Source: a virus. Taken from it: a stretch of 64,000 nt of DNA. The stretch lies in IMG/VR virus record IMGVR_UViG_3300027714_000009, positions 26,379-90,378 of that record; one strand, given 5' to 3'. The notes beneath the pieces were generated by a model. It was given only the letters and a program-made list of their open reading frames with translations, had not been told where the DNA came from and did not search any database. Below are positions 30,679 to 40,615 of the stretch, piece after piece. Each line of letters opens with the position of its first letter. The first letter of the stretch is position 1. A program made the position numbers and the translations under genes.

Positions 30679-30843
30679 TTATTCTCCGTGATAACTTTGA
30701 AACATTAGACGATCAATTTCGTCTGCTTTATTTTGGTACTTATCAATTAGTGAAGAAATCTGCTTGTTATCAACAAATCCTTTAGGATCTGCTGTTGATT
30801 GTAAATTTTGTAGTGCTTCGATAAACTCTAAATGTTCTAACAA
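30679..30843 (-). CDS. Small hypothetical protein (54 aa)
   Basis: TTG start with AAGGAG SD; MLEHLEFIEALQNLQ...SYHGE; not in the ORF track. Confidence 0.55.
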   Translation of the reverse strand: MLEHLEFIEALQNLQSTADPKGFVDNKQISSLIDKYQNKADEIDRLMFQSYHGE

Positions 30844-30880
30844 AAGTATTACTCCTTGATTGCAATTTGTTTATAGTGTA

Positions 30881-31243
30881 CTACGCTTCTACAGCGATGT
30901 CAACCTTTTCAAATCCAAAGTCTGCAACAACGTGCATAATTCCATTAGAATCTTGCACAACATCAGCAACACTAACACTATGCATTTCGTTTAAACGTTC
31001 AATATTTTCTTCCGGGCCCATGTTACCTATGTGAAATACACCTTCAAGTGTATCAGCAGTAATATTAGCAACATGTGAATAATAACCATCTAATATGGCT
31101 TTACCTGCTTTAGAAGCAATGCTTTTTGAAAACTGCATATCTAGCTTTGCTTTATGATGAGGAACTGCATCGTGTCCTTCTGCGTTAATTAGGTCAACAT
31201 CTGCATCTGAGAGTTTAATTTGAAAAAGTTTAAAGTTTGCCAT
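30881..31243 (-). CDS. YodL-like domain protein
   Basis: MHSVSVADVVQ...HVVADFGF matches the YodL SLSVSDVV...VDxxGF pattern. Confidence 0.65.
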   Translation of the reverse strand: MANFKLFQIKLSDADVDLINAEGHDAVPHHKAKLDMQFSKSIASKAGKAILDGYYSHVANITADTLEGVFHIGNMGPEENIERLNEMHSVSVADVVQDSNGIMHVVADFGFEKVDIAVEA

Positions 31244-31271
31244 TTTGTAGTTCTCCTTTGTTTATAATACT

Positions 31272-31300
31272 ATTATAAGGTAAGACGTCTTGCTTGTCAA
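31272..31300 (-). promoter_or_regulatory. Early sigma70 promoter with palindromic spacer
   Basis: TTGACA-17-TATAAT; spacer GTAAGACGTCTTGC. Confidence 0.85.
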
Positions 31301-31303
31301 CCA

Positions 31304-31657
31304 TTAAATGAATAAATTACTTTTCATTCCTCTTTTTTCTCTCCAAGCATTAACAATACGGTCACTCCAGCCTGGGTTGTTATTATCTAACACGATAGTT
31401 GGTGCAACTTCATGTCCGTTACGTGCTTCAACATACTCTTCAACAGTAAAGTTGTTAACAAGTTCTTTCATAAACTTTGCTTTAGTAATTGGCGTTCCGG
31501 CATATTTAAAACGTGCAATAAACAAGTCAATTCCACGACCAACATTACTTGGATGTACATTTTTACCTGCTTCGTAAACTGGCTGACCTTCATATGCACC
31601 TCTGTACATTAAGTATCCACCGTGGTAACTAAAATCTGCTTTATTAAACTGTGTCAT
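31304..31657 (-). CDS. Hypothetical early protein
   Basis: Start reassigned to MTQFNK (GGAG SD), downstream of the promoter. Confidence 0.65.
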   Translation of the reverse strand: MTQFNKADFSYHGGYLMYRGAYEGQPVYEAGKNVHPSNVGRGIDLFIARFKYAGTPITKAKFMKELVNNFTVEEYVEARNGHEVAPTIVLDNNNPGWSDRIVNAWREKRGMKSNLFI

Positions 31658-31690
31658 ATTCAACTCCGTTTTTTTATTGTCTATACTTAT

Positions 31691-31719
31691 AGTATACAGT
31701 AAGAAGTCTTGGTTGTCAA
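31691..31719 (-). promoter_or_regulatory. Early sigma70 promoter with palindromic spacer
   Basis: TTGACA-17-TATACT; spacer GTAAGAAGTCTTGG. Confidence 0.85.
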
Positions 31720-31777
31720 CCAGAACCGCCATAAAAAAACCCTTGTATTTCAAAGGGTTGTAAATTAATTTAATTTT

Positions 31778-32983
31778 TTATTCTGGATAGTGTTTAAAAT
31801 CGTCAAAATATAGGCCTAATGATGCCCATATTGCGTCTGGGTACAAACTTGTATACTTGTTTGAATTCTTTTTATAGCTTTCCCATAAAGTTTTACTTGC
31901 ATCCAACTTACTGTAGTATTTCCAAAACTCTGTATCTGTGCGATTACTTAACATATAATGGTGTAATATGTAATCTGAGTTATCTTTTTGTACTTTCATT
32001 ATTGCCTTGTTGTATGCTTTTGGTGGTGAACCTTTTAATATACATCTTACTAGTAGTGTGATACTGTATTGTACTAAAAATAATCCATTTGCTTCTAATG
32101 GATCAACAAACCCTTGACCAAGTCCAATTGATACTACATTATCTACCCAAGGGTTCTTCAGTACACCTGGAGTCCATTTAAGTAAACGTGGCTCTATTCC
32201 TTTAAATGGTGTTCTGTGAGCAGTCCATTTTTTAAACTTTTCTAACGCTTCTTCTTCGCTTACAAAATCAGTACTAAAAACATAACCAGTTCCTGTTCTA
32301 TGTTGCAAGTCTACCATAAACTGCCAACCATCTGGTCTAGCGAATGTTTTTGTATATGGTATACTTTCGCCTTCTAGTTCTAACGGCCTAACCCAAGAAC
32401 GATTAACTTTATGATGTTCACTAAATGTTTCTTCTGTTTTATCTTTGACAAACTGTCTACGAAATCCTGTAGCGTCTACATATAAATCATATCCTGGTGG
32501 AAGTTCTTCTAATGTATCAATAACATGGTTAACACGTTTACAATGATCACGTACAACGTGTCCTGCAAGGTTAGCATCTAAATGATATGCTACTGCTCTC
32601 CATCCTTCTTTATCGTACAAGTCTGGATTTATATCATCTCTAACTTTTTTACCTTGCTTAAATTCTTTATACCAATCATTAAATAATGTTTTAGGTTCGT
32701 TTTGCCAAAAAGTCATTAAGTATGGATCTGCACCTAATGCATCCCATTCGTATTTTATATTTCCATATTTGTGAACTGCATTACATCCGTCCATCCATTC
32801 TTTTTCTGGAATACCTAGTTCTTCAAAAAATGCACCTATTTGTGGAAGTGTTCCTTCTCCTACTCCTACAGTAGGAATTTCATCACTTTCTATAAGTGTT
32901 ATTTCTGCATCAGGTAAAAACTTTTCCATGTAACCTGCACACCACCAGCCTGCTGTTCCACCGCCAATAATACATATTTTCAT
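31778..32983 (-). CDS. Flavin-dependent tryptophan-halogenase-family protein
   Basis: GGGTAGW, GVGEGT, HKYG, AYHLDA, DATGF, GWQFMV, GFVDPLEANG. Confidence 0.88.
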   Translation of the reverse strand: MKICIIGGGTAGWWCAGYMEKFLPDAEITLIESDEIPTVGVGEGTLPQIGAFFEELGIPEKEWMDGCNAVHKYGNIKYEWDALGADPYLMTFWQNEPKTLFNDWYKEFKQGKKVRDDINPDLYDKEGWRAVAYHLDANLAGHVVRDHCKRVNHVIDTLEELPPGYDLYVDATGFRRQFVKDKTEETFSEHHKVNRSWVRPLELEGESIPYTKTFARPDGWQFMVDLQHRTGTGYVFSTDFVSEEEALEKFKKWTAHRTPFKGIEPRLLKWTPGVLKNPWVDNVVSIGLGQGFVDPLEANGLFLVQYSITLLVRCILKGSPPKAYNKAIMKVQKDNSDYILHHYMLSNRTDTEFWKYYSKLDASKTLWESYKKNSNKYTSLYPDAIWASLGLYFDDFKHYPE

Positions 32984-33327
32984 CCGATATAATACCTTAT
33001 GATTATAAACGAGCTAATACCAATCCATAAACTATTGAATGCTACTAATGTAGGTAGTAGCTTTTGTTCGCTCACCCATATTAACAACGCTGAAGTCATT
33101 AATGTTATGAAATGTGCCCATATAACTTCTTTTCCAAAAATTATAGCAGGAAGTATCACAAGTAGTTTAGCAGTCCATGCTGCTGCTTCAACTACATTGT
33201 ATCTTTTTAGCCAATAACCTTTACTAAACCATAAACAATAAGATTTATGTATTTCCTTGAAACCAACTTTGTTATAGACAACAAAAACAATTGTTGCCCA
33301 TAATGTTAGTGTTAATATAGTTACCAT
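32980..33327 (-). CDS. Small membrane protein
   Basis: About four hydrophobic segments. Confidence 0.65.
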   Translation of the reverse strand: MVTILTLTLWATIVFVVYNKVGFKEIHKSYCLWFSKGYWLKRYNVVEAAAWTAKLLVILPAIIFGKEVIWAHFITLMTSALLIWVSEQKLLPTLVAFNSLWIGISSFIIIRYYIG

Positions 33328-33331
33328 ACTA

Positions 33332-34306
33332 TTATTTATCCGCTTTTATTAGTCTTTCAAACTCTCTAAGTCTTTTATAAACACTTGCTAATTCAATAAT
33401 TGTTGGCCATGCTTTTAACAAATATTGCATCGAACCTTCAACTCTTCCAAATGCTCTTATAATTTGTTGCATAACACCTAATGTTACAACACCTGCTACA
33501 ATAGCTGGAGCTAAGAAAACATAAGCTGATAACACATTGGCTTGTAAATATGAAAGTCTACCTATATTAAAATATAAATATCTTATATAAGATTTAAAGT
33601 GAATTCCTCTAACATCTTGGAATATTTCTTCAATTGTTTTAGGACGAATAGTATTATCATCTTCTGCAATGACAAGTATCTTTCTGTAAGCTGCTTCTTT
33701 CTTTTGTAAGTCATATTCGACTCCAACTAGACGCAACACCCATCCTAATGCTATTAAGAATATAGTTCCACCAACAGTCCATATTAATGCACCTGTTATT
33801 AATCCATATTGCCAATCACCAAAGAAGAATATTGGAATACCAGCTGATAATCCTAAAAGAATAGGAATAAACTGTATTAACACCATAACTGATTCAATAA
33901 AACTTGTACCAAGTGATTCCATGATACGACTAAACTTAATTGTATCTTCTTGTACACGTTGAGCCGCACCTTCTATTGTACGAGCTTTATCGTATACGCT
34001 GTGATACCATTCTACCATTGCTGCTCGCCAACGGAACAGATAGTGTGCTGTAAAGTAACTGATAAGAACATATATTAAAACATAAATTGCGGCCAAGTAA
34101 AAGAAACTTGCTAAACTTGCCCAGTATTCACCAATAGTTATTGCATTTGGCTCGCCTAATGCTTTTTGTATCATATCATAAAATTGTCCAAACCATTCGT
34201 TAATTTTAACGTCAATTTGAACTTGTATCCATAAAGAACTCAGGATAACAGCTGAACCCAGCCATGACCATAACTTCCAATGGGTTTCTGTAAAAAATCT
34301 AAACAT
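33332..34306 (-). CDS. SbmA/BacA-like peptide transporter
   Basis: FRWRAAM, IEGAAQRVQEDT, QKKEAAYRK, QIIRAFGRVEGS, IIELASVYKRLREFE. Confidence 0.88.
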   Translation of the reverse strand: MFRFFTETHWKLWSWLGSAVILSSLWIQVQIDVKINEWFGQFYDMIQKALGEPNAITIGEYWASLASFFYLAAIYVLIYVLISYFTAHYLFRWRAAMVEWYHSVYDKARTIEGAAQRVQEDTIKFSRIMESLGTSFIESVMVLIQFIPILLGLSAGIPIFFFGDWQYGLITGALIWTVGGTIFLIALGWVLRLVGVEYDLQKKEAAYRKILVIAEDDNTIRPKTIEEIFQDVRGIHFKSYIRYLYFNIGRLSYLQANVLSAYVFLAPAIVAGVVTLGVMQQIIRAFGRVEGSMQYLLKAWPTIIELASVYKRLREFERLIKADK

Positions 34307-34407
34307 AAGTTTTCCTCTTATAAAATGTAGTTTTAACTACACACATAACTATTTATATGTTTCTACGATACGAAATTGCATAAATACAATATAACAAGGA
34401 AACCTAC

Positions 34408-35475
34408 ATGCCAAGATTAAGTTTATACAAACCATTTAAAGGTAACGACTATAAGTTTATGGATCATGCAATCCGTGAGCAATTCGACATAGGTGGTACC
34501 GGAATACACGTACACAAGTACTTAGGCCCAAACGTTAGAAGAGATAGTAACGACCCTAGTGAGCCTAACTACGGTAGTGGTTTAGAAGTTGACAATATAA
34601 CTGGACAAGAAATAAATCCCGAAGGCAACATAGACGAAACAAAGATACAAGATCTATTGTTTATGGAAAACCGAGACAGGAAGTATGATCCAGATATTTT
34701 TGAATTACGTGGAGTATATAATGTAAGTGACAACGACTTTGACTTAACCCAATTTGGCCTATTCTTAACAAACGATACACTTTTTATTAGTTTTCACATT
34801 AACGACATGGTTGAACGTATGGGTCGTAGACTTATGCCAGGAGATGTAATTGAATTACCTCATTTAAGAGATGAATTATTGCTTACTGCGGAACGTGAAG
34901 CTATTAACAAATTTTATGTAGTACAAGATGCGGCAAGAGGCAGTGAAGGATATAGTCAAACATGGTATCCACACATTTGGCGTGTTAAAGTAGCACCACT
35001 TACAGATACACAAGAATACGCAGATATACTTGGTACTGCTAACGATCCAGACAGTTTAAAACAAGATTTAAGTAATTATAAAACAGAACTTAACATTAGT
35101 AATGCAATTGTAGCGGCTGCTGAAAACGCAGATCCATTAGGGCTTCCATTAGCAGAACATTTATTTGGACAAGAAGATAAAACTGATGAATATGTACATG
35201 GCGACACACTAGTACAAGGTGATCAGTTTCCAGCTTTTCCAAATGATGGAGAATACTTTGTTAGAACTGATTTCCAACCAAATAGACTGTTTGTAAGACG
35301 TGGAAGTAAATGGCATAGATTATATGACAATATTACTGGCCAAACTTGGAGTGATAGAACATACAATGCAAGTAGCTTTATTAACAATAATAAAACAACA
35401 GTAGTAGATGATAAAGAACAGCCAGAACGTCAGGCAATATCACAAGCTATTAAACCTAAGAGTGATTTTAAATAA
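34408..35475 (+). CDS. Neck/head-closure protein (gp14-like)
   Basis: ENRDRKYD, DLTQFGLFL, PGDVIELPH; CATAAATA upstream. Confidence 0.7.
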   Translation: MPRLSLYKPFKGNDYKFMDHAIREQFDIGGTGIHVHKYLGPNVRRDSNDPSEPNYGSGLEVDNITGQEINPEGNIDETKIQDLLFMENRDRKYDPDIFELRGVYNVSDNDFDLTQFGLFLTNDTLFISFHINDMVERMGRRLMPGDVIELPHLRDELLLTAEREAINKFYVVQDAARGSEGYSQTWYPHIWRVKVAPLTDTQEYADILGTANDPDSLKQDLSNYKTELNISNAIVAAAENADPLGLPLAEHLFGQEDKTDEYVHGDTLVQGDQFPAFPNDGEYFVRTDFQPNRLFVRRGSKWHRLYDNITGQTWSDRTYNASSFINNNKTTVVDDKEQPERQAISQAIKPKSDFK

Positions 35476-36833
35476 TGGCACAACAATATTTTTATGATAA
35501 ACAAATTCGTAGATACATTCAGCAATTTATAAGATTGTTTAGTGGCTTTAACGTTGAAATGGGAAAGAACGATCAGGACTTAGCTGTATTCCAACAAGTT
35601 CCTGTACGTTATGGTGACATTAACAGAATGGCTGCCCACATAACAAGAGAGAACAGTGAAAACATTATTAATACTGTTCCATTTTTAAGTTGTTATGTAA
35701 CTAGTTTAGACATGATGGCAGATCGTAGAACATATCAAGATCATGTTGATAAGGTTCAAGTGTTTGAAAAGAAATATGACGACACTACAGGAGCATATAC
35801 TAACGAAAAAGGTAACAGCTACACAGTTGAAAGACACGCACCCGTTCCTTACATGCTACAAATGAATACTGACATTTGGACATCTAACACAGATCAAAAA
35901 TTACAGTTAATGGAACAAATACTTGTATTGTTTAATCCTACATTAGATATTAGAACTAATAGCAGTGTAATAGATTGGACAGCACTAAGTCATGTAGAGT
36001 TAACTGGAACAACATGGAGTACTAGAAGTGTTGGTTCTAGTATAGATGATATTATTGATGTTGCAACGTTAAGTTTTAACATACCAGTATACATTAATCC
36101 ACCAGCTAAAGTAAAACAACAGAAATTAATTCACACTATTATCAGTGAACTTTATAACCTAGACGAAGACAACTTAGACTTGTTTAAGAACGAACAAGCA
36201 TTCGACAAAAAGACGTTACAATACACAGTTGTAACATATGAAGATAGAAAAGTAAAGTATGAAGATGGCAATCTGCAATTACTAAATCAAAACGGATCTA
36301 CATTAGACGACGATGGTATAACTTTAGATTGGTCTAAAGAATTACTAGCATTTGGAGTTTTAAGACCCGGTATAAGTCAATTGCGACTTAGAAAAAGTAC
36401 ACAAGTATCTGATGTAACAGAAGATATTATTGGCAGATTAGACATACATCCATCAAATGTAAATCTATTAACAGTCGACATAGATGCAACAACATTACCT
36501 ACTAATACATTAGGTACAGTTGATGCTATATTAGATCCAGCGATTAACTTCCCTGGCGATGGTACTATGCCATCAGCAGCTACAGGCCAAAGGTATATCT
36601 TATTATCTGATTTACCGTCAAGCACTAATTGGGGCAATGTAGTAGCTGGTAAGTATGATATCATAGAGTATAATGGGTCAGCATGGATTGTAAGTTTTGA
36701 TAGCTCTAACATTTCGGCAGTAAATTACGTAACTAACGTAGCAAGTAATGACCAATTAGAATGGAATGGCTCTGAATGGGTCAACAGCTATGAAGGAATT
36801 TATAATGCAGGCTACTGGCGACTATATCTGTAA
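35475..36833 (+). CDS. Tail terminator/sheath stabiliser (gp15-like) with C-terminal extension
   Basis: YFYDKQIRRYI.QF, VPVRYG, PVPY, QLMEQILVLFNP. Confidence 0.8.
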   Translation: MAQQYFYDKQIRRYIQQFIRLFSGFNVEMGKNDQDLAVFQQVPVRYGDINRMAAHITRENSENIINTVPFLSCYVTSLDMMADRRTYQDHVDKVQVFEKKYDDTTGAYTNEKGNSYTVERHAPVPYMLQMNTDIWTSNTDQKLQLMEQILVLFNPTLDIRTNSSVIDWTALSHVELTGTTWSTRSVGSSIDDIIDVATLSFNIPVYINPPAKVKQQKLIHTIISELYNLDEDNLDLFKNEQAFDKKTLQYTVVTYEDRKVKYEDGNLQLLNQNGSTLDDDGITLDWSKELLAFGVLRPGISQLRLRKSTQVSDVTEDIIGRLDIHPSNVNLLTVDIDATTLPTNTLGTVDAILDPAINFPGDGTMPSAATGQRYILLSDLPSSTNWGNVVAGKYDIIEYNGSAWIVSFDSSNISAVNYVTNVASNDQLEWNGSEWVNSYEGIYNAGYWRLYL

Positions 36834-36882
36834 CACAGATGATCCATGCGACGATTGCACACATTGGATAGGCACACTATAA
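36805..36882 (+). CDS. Putative 25-aa overlapping peptide MQATGDYICNTDDPCDDCTHWIGTL
   Basis: AAGGA SD upstream; fills the gap and ends 1 nt before the NUDIX start. Confidence 0.35.
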   Translation: MQATGDYICNTDDPCDDCTHWIGTL

Positions 36883-36883
36883 C

Positions 36884-37321
36884 ATGATAACAGCAAGCGG
36901 TTGCTTATTTTTAAGCACAGACACAGGCAGAGTTATGCTACAGCAAAGAAGTGGCGCTGTCAACCATCCTAGAACATGGGGCTTTTTTGGCGGCAAAGCT
37001 GAGGGTAAAGAAAGACCTGTTGAATGTTTAATGCGTGAGGTTGAAGAAGAATTAGGATTAGTTCCTGATGTTAAAAAAGTTATTCCAATTAACAAGTTTA
37101 CAAGTCCTAATAAGAAATTTATATACCATACATTTGTAGTTACAGTAGAAGAAGAATTTCTTCCTATATTAAATAATGAAAGTGATGGTTATTGTTGGGT
37201 TAAAGTAGGTAATTGGCCTAGGCCGTTGCACCCTGGTGCTAAGATACAATGTAGTTCAAAACAGTTCATTAAAAAAATAAAAACTGTATACGAACAGCAT
37301 ACTACGCCGTTGGAAAAATAA
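36884..37321 (+). CDS. NUDIX hydrolase
   Basis: GGKAEGKERPVECLMREVEEELG Nudix box. Confidence 0.92.
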   Translation: MITASGCLFLSTDTGRVMLQQRSGAVNHPRTWGFFGGKAEGKERPVECLMREVEEELGLVPDVKKVIPINKFTSPNKKFIYHTFVVTVEEEFLPILNNESDGYCWVKVGNWPRPLHPGAKIQCSSKQFIKKIKTVYEQHTTPLEK

Positions 37322-38018
37322 TACCCATTTCTTTTCTAGTAAACATTCTATCTAAAAATGCATTAAATACTTCTTCAGTATCATATTGATGAAGTTCGCT
37401 AAATTCAGGATCAACTTCAATAATTTCTTCTATAGTTCTTATATTATATGTAAAGCCTAATGCAATTGCAGTTTCTTTCCAACCCGAATATCTTTTTAAC
37501 TTAAAATGTTTTTTTATTTCAGCACATTCAATTTTAACTTGCTGTAGCATTTTTTCATCATTCTCGTACCAAGTGTACATCGGGTAATCAATGTCCCACC
37601 CGCCTACATGTTTCCACCATTTAACACATTCTTCTGGTGTATCGTGGAATGCCCATATTGTAGCTTTTGGAAATAATTCTTTTAATAATGGTATATGATA
37701 ACTAAACCAATGACTTTTAATAATTTTAATCCCATGGTCCCAATTAGCAAATGGTGCTTTAAACTCTTTTACTATTTCTTCTTTTGTTAAATGTTGAAGT
37801 AAATCAAACTTATGACCTACTGGATTATCCGGACCCCAATATGCGCCTCTGTGCCAGCCAACAACTTCTCCATTAACTTTTTTTCTATAAACAAAGTCAT
37901 TTTTATTATCACTTAAATTAATATCTCTACATAAAAGACTAAGCATACGAATTGCTCCACTCCATCTAGAACCTGGAGCTCCTGCAACTATTATTAAGTC
38001 TTCACCTTGGTATTCCAT
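37302..38018 (-). CDS. Sulfotransferase-like / P-loop protein
   Basis: IIVAGAPGSRWS and IIKSH resemble the PAPS-binding sulfotransferase pattern. Confidence 0.55.
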   Translation of the reverse strand: MEYQGEDLIIVAGAPGSRWSGAIRMLSLLCRDINLSDNKNDFVYRKKVNGEVVGWHRGAYWGPDNPVGHKFDLLQHLTKEEIVKEFKAPFANWDHGIKIIKSHWFSYHIPLLKELFPKATIWAFHDTPEECVKWWKHVGGWDIDYPMYTWYENDEKMLQQVKIECAEIKKHFKLKRYSGWKETAIALGFTYNIRTIEEIIEVDPEFSELHQYDTEEVFNAFLDRMFTRKEMGIIFPTA

Positions 38019-38833
38019 TATATGCCTTTGTTAAGTTCTGTTAATATTTTATCTGCTAGATAATTATGAGTGTTAGGTCCTGGATGTATTTGATCCCTAC
38101 CTAAATCTAGCATTTCTTCTTTTCTATAAAGAATTGACTTGATATGTATTGGTTGATAATTATAAAACCAATATTTTCTTCTTTCATCGGGTTCTAATAT
38201 ATAATACTTTGCATTTGGAAATGCTTGCATTAATGCTAAATCAAATAGTTGAAATATTTTACTGTTACTTTGTTTAAAGGTTTCTCTAATAAGATTTTTA
38301 ACTTTTTCATCTTTTTCTTGTCTTAACCAAAATCTCATTAACCAGGCAGTACTATTAATTGCCCAACAATCACTTAGTATAACATACTTTGGAGTTAAAT
38401 GCTTAAAGTCAAGTAAACTATCTGTTAAATCTAATAGTGTATCAAAATCACTTATATTAATATGTTTAAAATTAAGTCTTTCTGAGACGAGGTGTGGATA
38501 AGTTTTTTCATAAGGAACACCTGTTCCCATTGTTAAACTACTACCAGCAAAAATAATATCTACATCTCCATTATCATCTGGTCCTCTATAACCATTTTTA
38601 TTCCACGTATAATTAAATTGATTCTCTGGTAAAGTCCAGTCTATAGTTTGTACTGCTCCACCGGTCCAAGCATCTGATCCTGTTTTTCCTACAATAGATC
38701 TACTGCCGTTGTCATGCCCATACTCTTCTACTGTAGTATTTGGTTGTCTTTTTTGTTTTACTAGTTTTTCTCGAAAGGTCCATTCTAACTTTTCTTGTTC
38801 TGTCATCTGCGTAAATGGTCGTTCAATTGTCAT
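38018..38833 (-). CDS. SGNH/GDSL-like protein
   Basis: NKNGYRG, FAGSSLTMGTG, RDQIHPG. Confidence 0.7.
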   Translation of the reverse strand: MTIERPFTQMTEQEKLEWTFREKLVKQKRQPNTTVEEYGHDNGSRSIVGKTGSDAWTGGAVQTIDWTLPENQFNYTWNKNGYRGPDDNGDVDIIFAGSSLTMGTGVPYEKTYPHLVSERLNFKHINISDFDTLLDLTDSLLDFKHLTPKYVILSDCWAINSTAWLMRFWLRQEKDEKVKNLIRETFKQSNSKIFQLFDLALMQAFPNAKYYILEPDERRKYWFYNYQPIHIKSILYRKEEMLDLGRDQIHPGPNTHNYLADKILTELNKGI

Positions 38834-39783
38834 ACTTCAATGATTCTATTTTTATCTGGATTGTCGATCATGTGTTGTATCTTGTCATTAATGAATCCAG
38901 TAAACTGAAACGTAACTCTAGGTGTATATCCAAAGTTAGCTGTTCCGTGTGGCATATTACACCAATCGTATGTTATACACTCACCTGCTTTGTATCCTTG
39001 ATAATAAGTGTTACCAAATTGCCATACGTGACCGTAATCCCAATCTTGAAGCATGACTAAAAATCTTCTTAACTTTAAAGGTTTTTTATCTGCACCTGCG
39101 TCAGTCCATATTTTACGCCAACCTGGCCTAGCATATCTCATTTGCTGATCAATGTGAATAGGAGTAACTTGTCCTAGTCTTTGAATGTGTAATCTAGATT
39201 GGTGAACATCTACACCTAATGCATCTATCATTCTAAGTAGTATTTCATACTCTGGAGATTCATTACGTCTTGCAAAGTAATTCTCTCCATCTTTATCAAA
39301 TGTTGCTCCAACAATTTTGTCATAATACATACTACTTACGTCTTCTTTACCAGAAGCAAGTATAACATCTTGTATTTCGCCATCATGTAAATCTTTATCT
39401 TGTTTACTTAAATTACGCTGTCTATAATTTCCTATAGTCATTTCTTTTGCAGTTTTTAATGCATGCTGTACTGCCTCACTAAAATCTCCTACAAATCTAC
39501 AAGGTATTACAAATGTTTCTTCATGTGGATCAGCAAAAGGATCAAAGTGCCAATCTGCATGTAATTTATTATGCTCCCATCGACTTGGAACTCCATTTAC
39601 TTTAAAGATGTTATCCATTTTGTTATGGTTTTCCATCTGTTTGTCGCTATACAGTTCATCTTTGTATGATGTGTCAGCTTGTGTATTACCCGCTTGATGT
39701 TTATAGTCAGAGTTTTTAACTGCATCTACAAGATCAGCAATCTTCTCGCCACTGTTATAATTTTTATCTGTTTTTTGTTTCAT
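38830..39783 (-). CDS. 2OG-Fe(II) oxygenase-like protein
   Basis: PIHID...PHGTAN...PRVTFQFTG. Confidence 0.78.
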   Translation of the reverse strand: MKQKTDKNYNSGEKIADLVDAVKNSDYKHQAGNTQADTSYKDELYSDKQMENHNKMDNIFKVNGVPSRWEHNKLHADWHFDPFADPHEETFVIPCRFVGDFSEAVQHALKTAKEMTIGNYRQRNLSKQDKDLHDGEIQDVILASGKEDVSSMYYDKIVGATFDKDGENYFARRNESPEYEILLRMIDALGVDVHQSRLHIQRLGQVTPIHIDQQMRYARPGWRKIWTDAGADKKPLKLRRFLVMLQDWDYGHVWQFGNTYYQGYKAGECITYDWCNMPHGTANFGYTPRVTFQFTGFINDKIQHMIDNPDKNRIIEV

Positions 39784-39784
39784 A

Positions 39785-40363
39785 TTAATTCTCCTTACAG
39801 TTTGGTAACATACTAATAATTGTCTTTAAATTACTTTCAGTTAAGAATACACTCATCAATATATGATATATGCCATCAGCCATTGCAAAACTTCCATGTT
39901 GTTTTCTTGTATTTAATATATACGGTACACCTGGCTTGAACTCTACACGCTTATCTTCGTATATAAAGTTCCATTCGTTTACGGCTGTTTTGTTTAATGG
40001 AATAAAAATTCTAATTTGTGGGTTCATTCTAAATGCATCTCTATGCATACTAAAGAAACTACCTGCAGACATTTTTGCAGCCCTGCATCTAGCTAAATTT
40101 TCCCACTCTACAAAGAATTCCATAAGACTTGGACATTGACCAAGATTTTGGTTATAGCCCTGGTTCTCGTTGTGCTTGTCTTTAGAATCTAAAGATAAGT
40201 CGCCTAATGGTCCTGTAAGATTTAAACCAAACTTTCCATTAGGTCCGGCTTCCCATTCTAACTGTTCTAATTCGTTGATAACTTTTTCAGAATCAAATTT
40301 GTAATCTAATTCAAATATATCTCCGTAACTATTCAGTAGTGGTAGTAGATTTATATCGCTCAT
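39785..40363 (-). CDS. Asp/Asn beta-hydroxylase-like 2OG-Fe(II) oxygenase
   Basis: FSMHRD, RIFIPL, LNTRKQHGS. Confidence 0.78.
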   Translation of the reverse strand: MSDINLLPLLNSYGDIFELDYKFDSEKVINELEQLEWEAGPNGKFGLNLTGPLGDLSLDSKDKHNENQGYNQNLGQCPSLMEFFVEWENLARCRAAKMSAGSFFSMHRDAFRMNPQIRIFIPLNKTAVNEWNFIYEDKRVEFKPGVPYILNTRKQHGSFAMADGIYHILMSVFLTESNLKTIISMLPNCKEN

Positions 40364-40613
40364 TTTTTGGTTTCTTCCTTAATTCGTCCATATCTTTGAT
40401 ATGTTGGATACGCATAATTTGATGATACATTTTAATTACACCCTTGGGTGCATCTGCTTTCCACATAAATGGGAGCAGTCCATGTACTACGCTTTTAAAA
40501 GCAATTATGATAAGAGACCAACTATTTTTTATACTGTGCCATAAGTGATAAAAGTATCCCCATCCAGTTTCAACGTTAAGATGATGCTTGGATTCTTTAA
40601 ACCACCTTATCAT
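40329..40613 (-). CDS. Small protein, DUF6356-like
   Basis: HL...YFYH...VVHGLLPF pattern. Confidence 0.55.
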   Translation of the reverse strand: MIRWFKESKHHLNVETGWGYFYHLWHSIKNSWSLIIIAFKSVVHGLLPFMWKADAPKGVIKMYHQIMRIQHIKDMDELRKKPKNERYKSTTTTE

Positions 40614-40615
40614 GT

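Noticed and set aside
31778-32983. Direct functional link between the Trp halogenase and the Trp attenuator
   Set aside because: They are 25 kb apart, the substrate is unknown and nothing in the sequence ties them together
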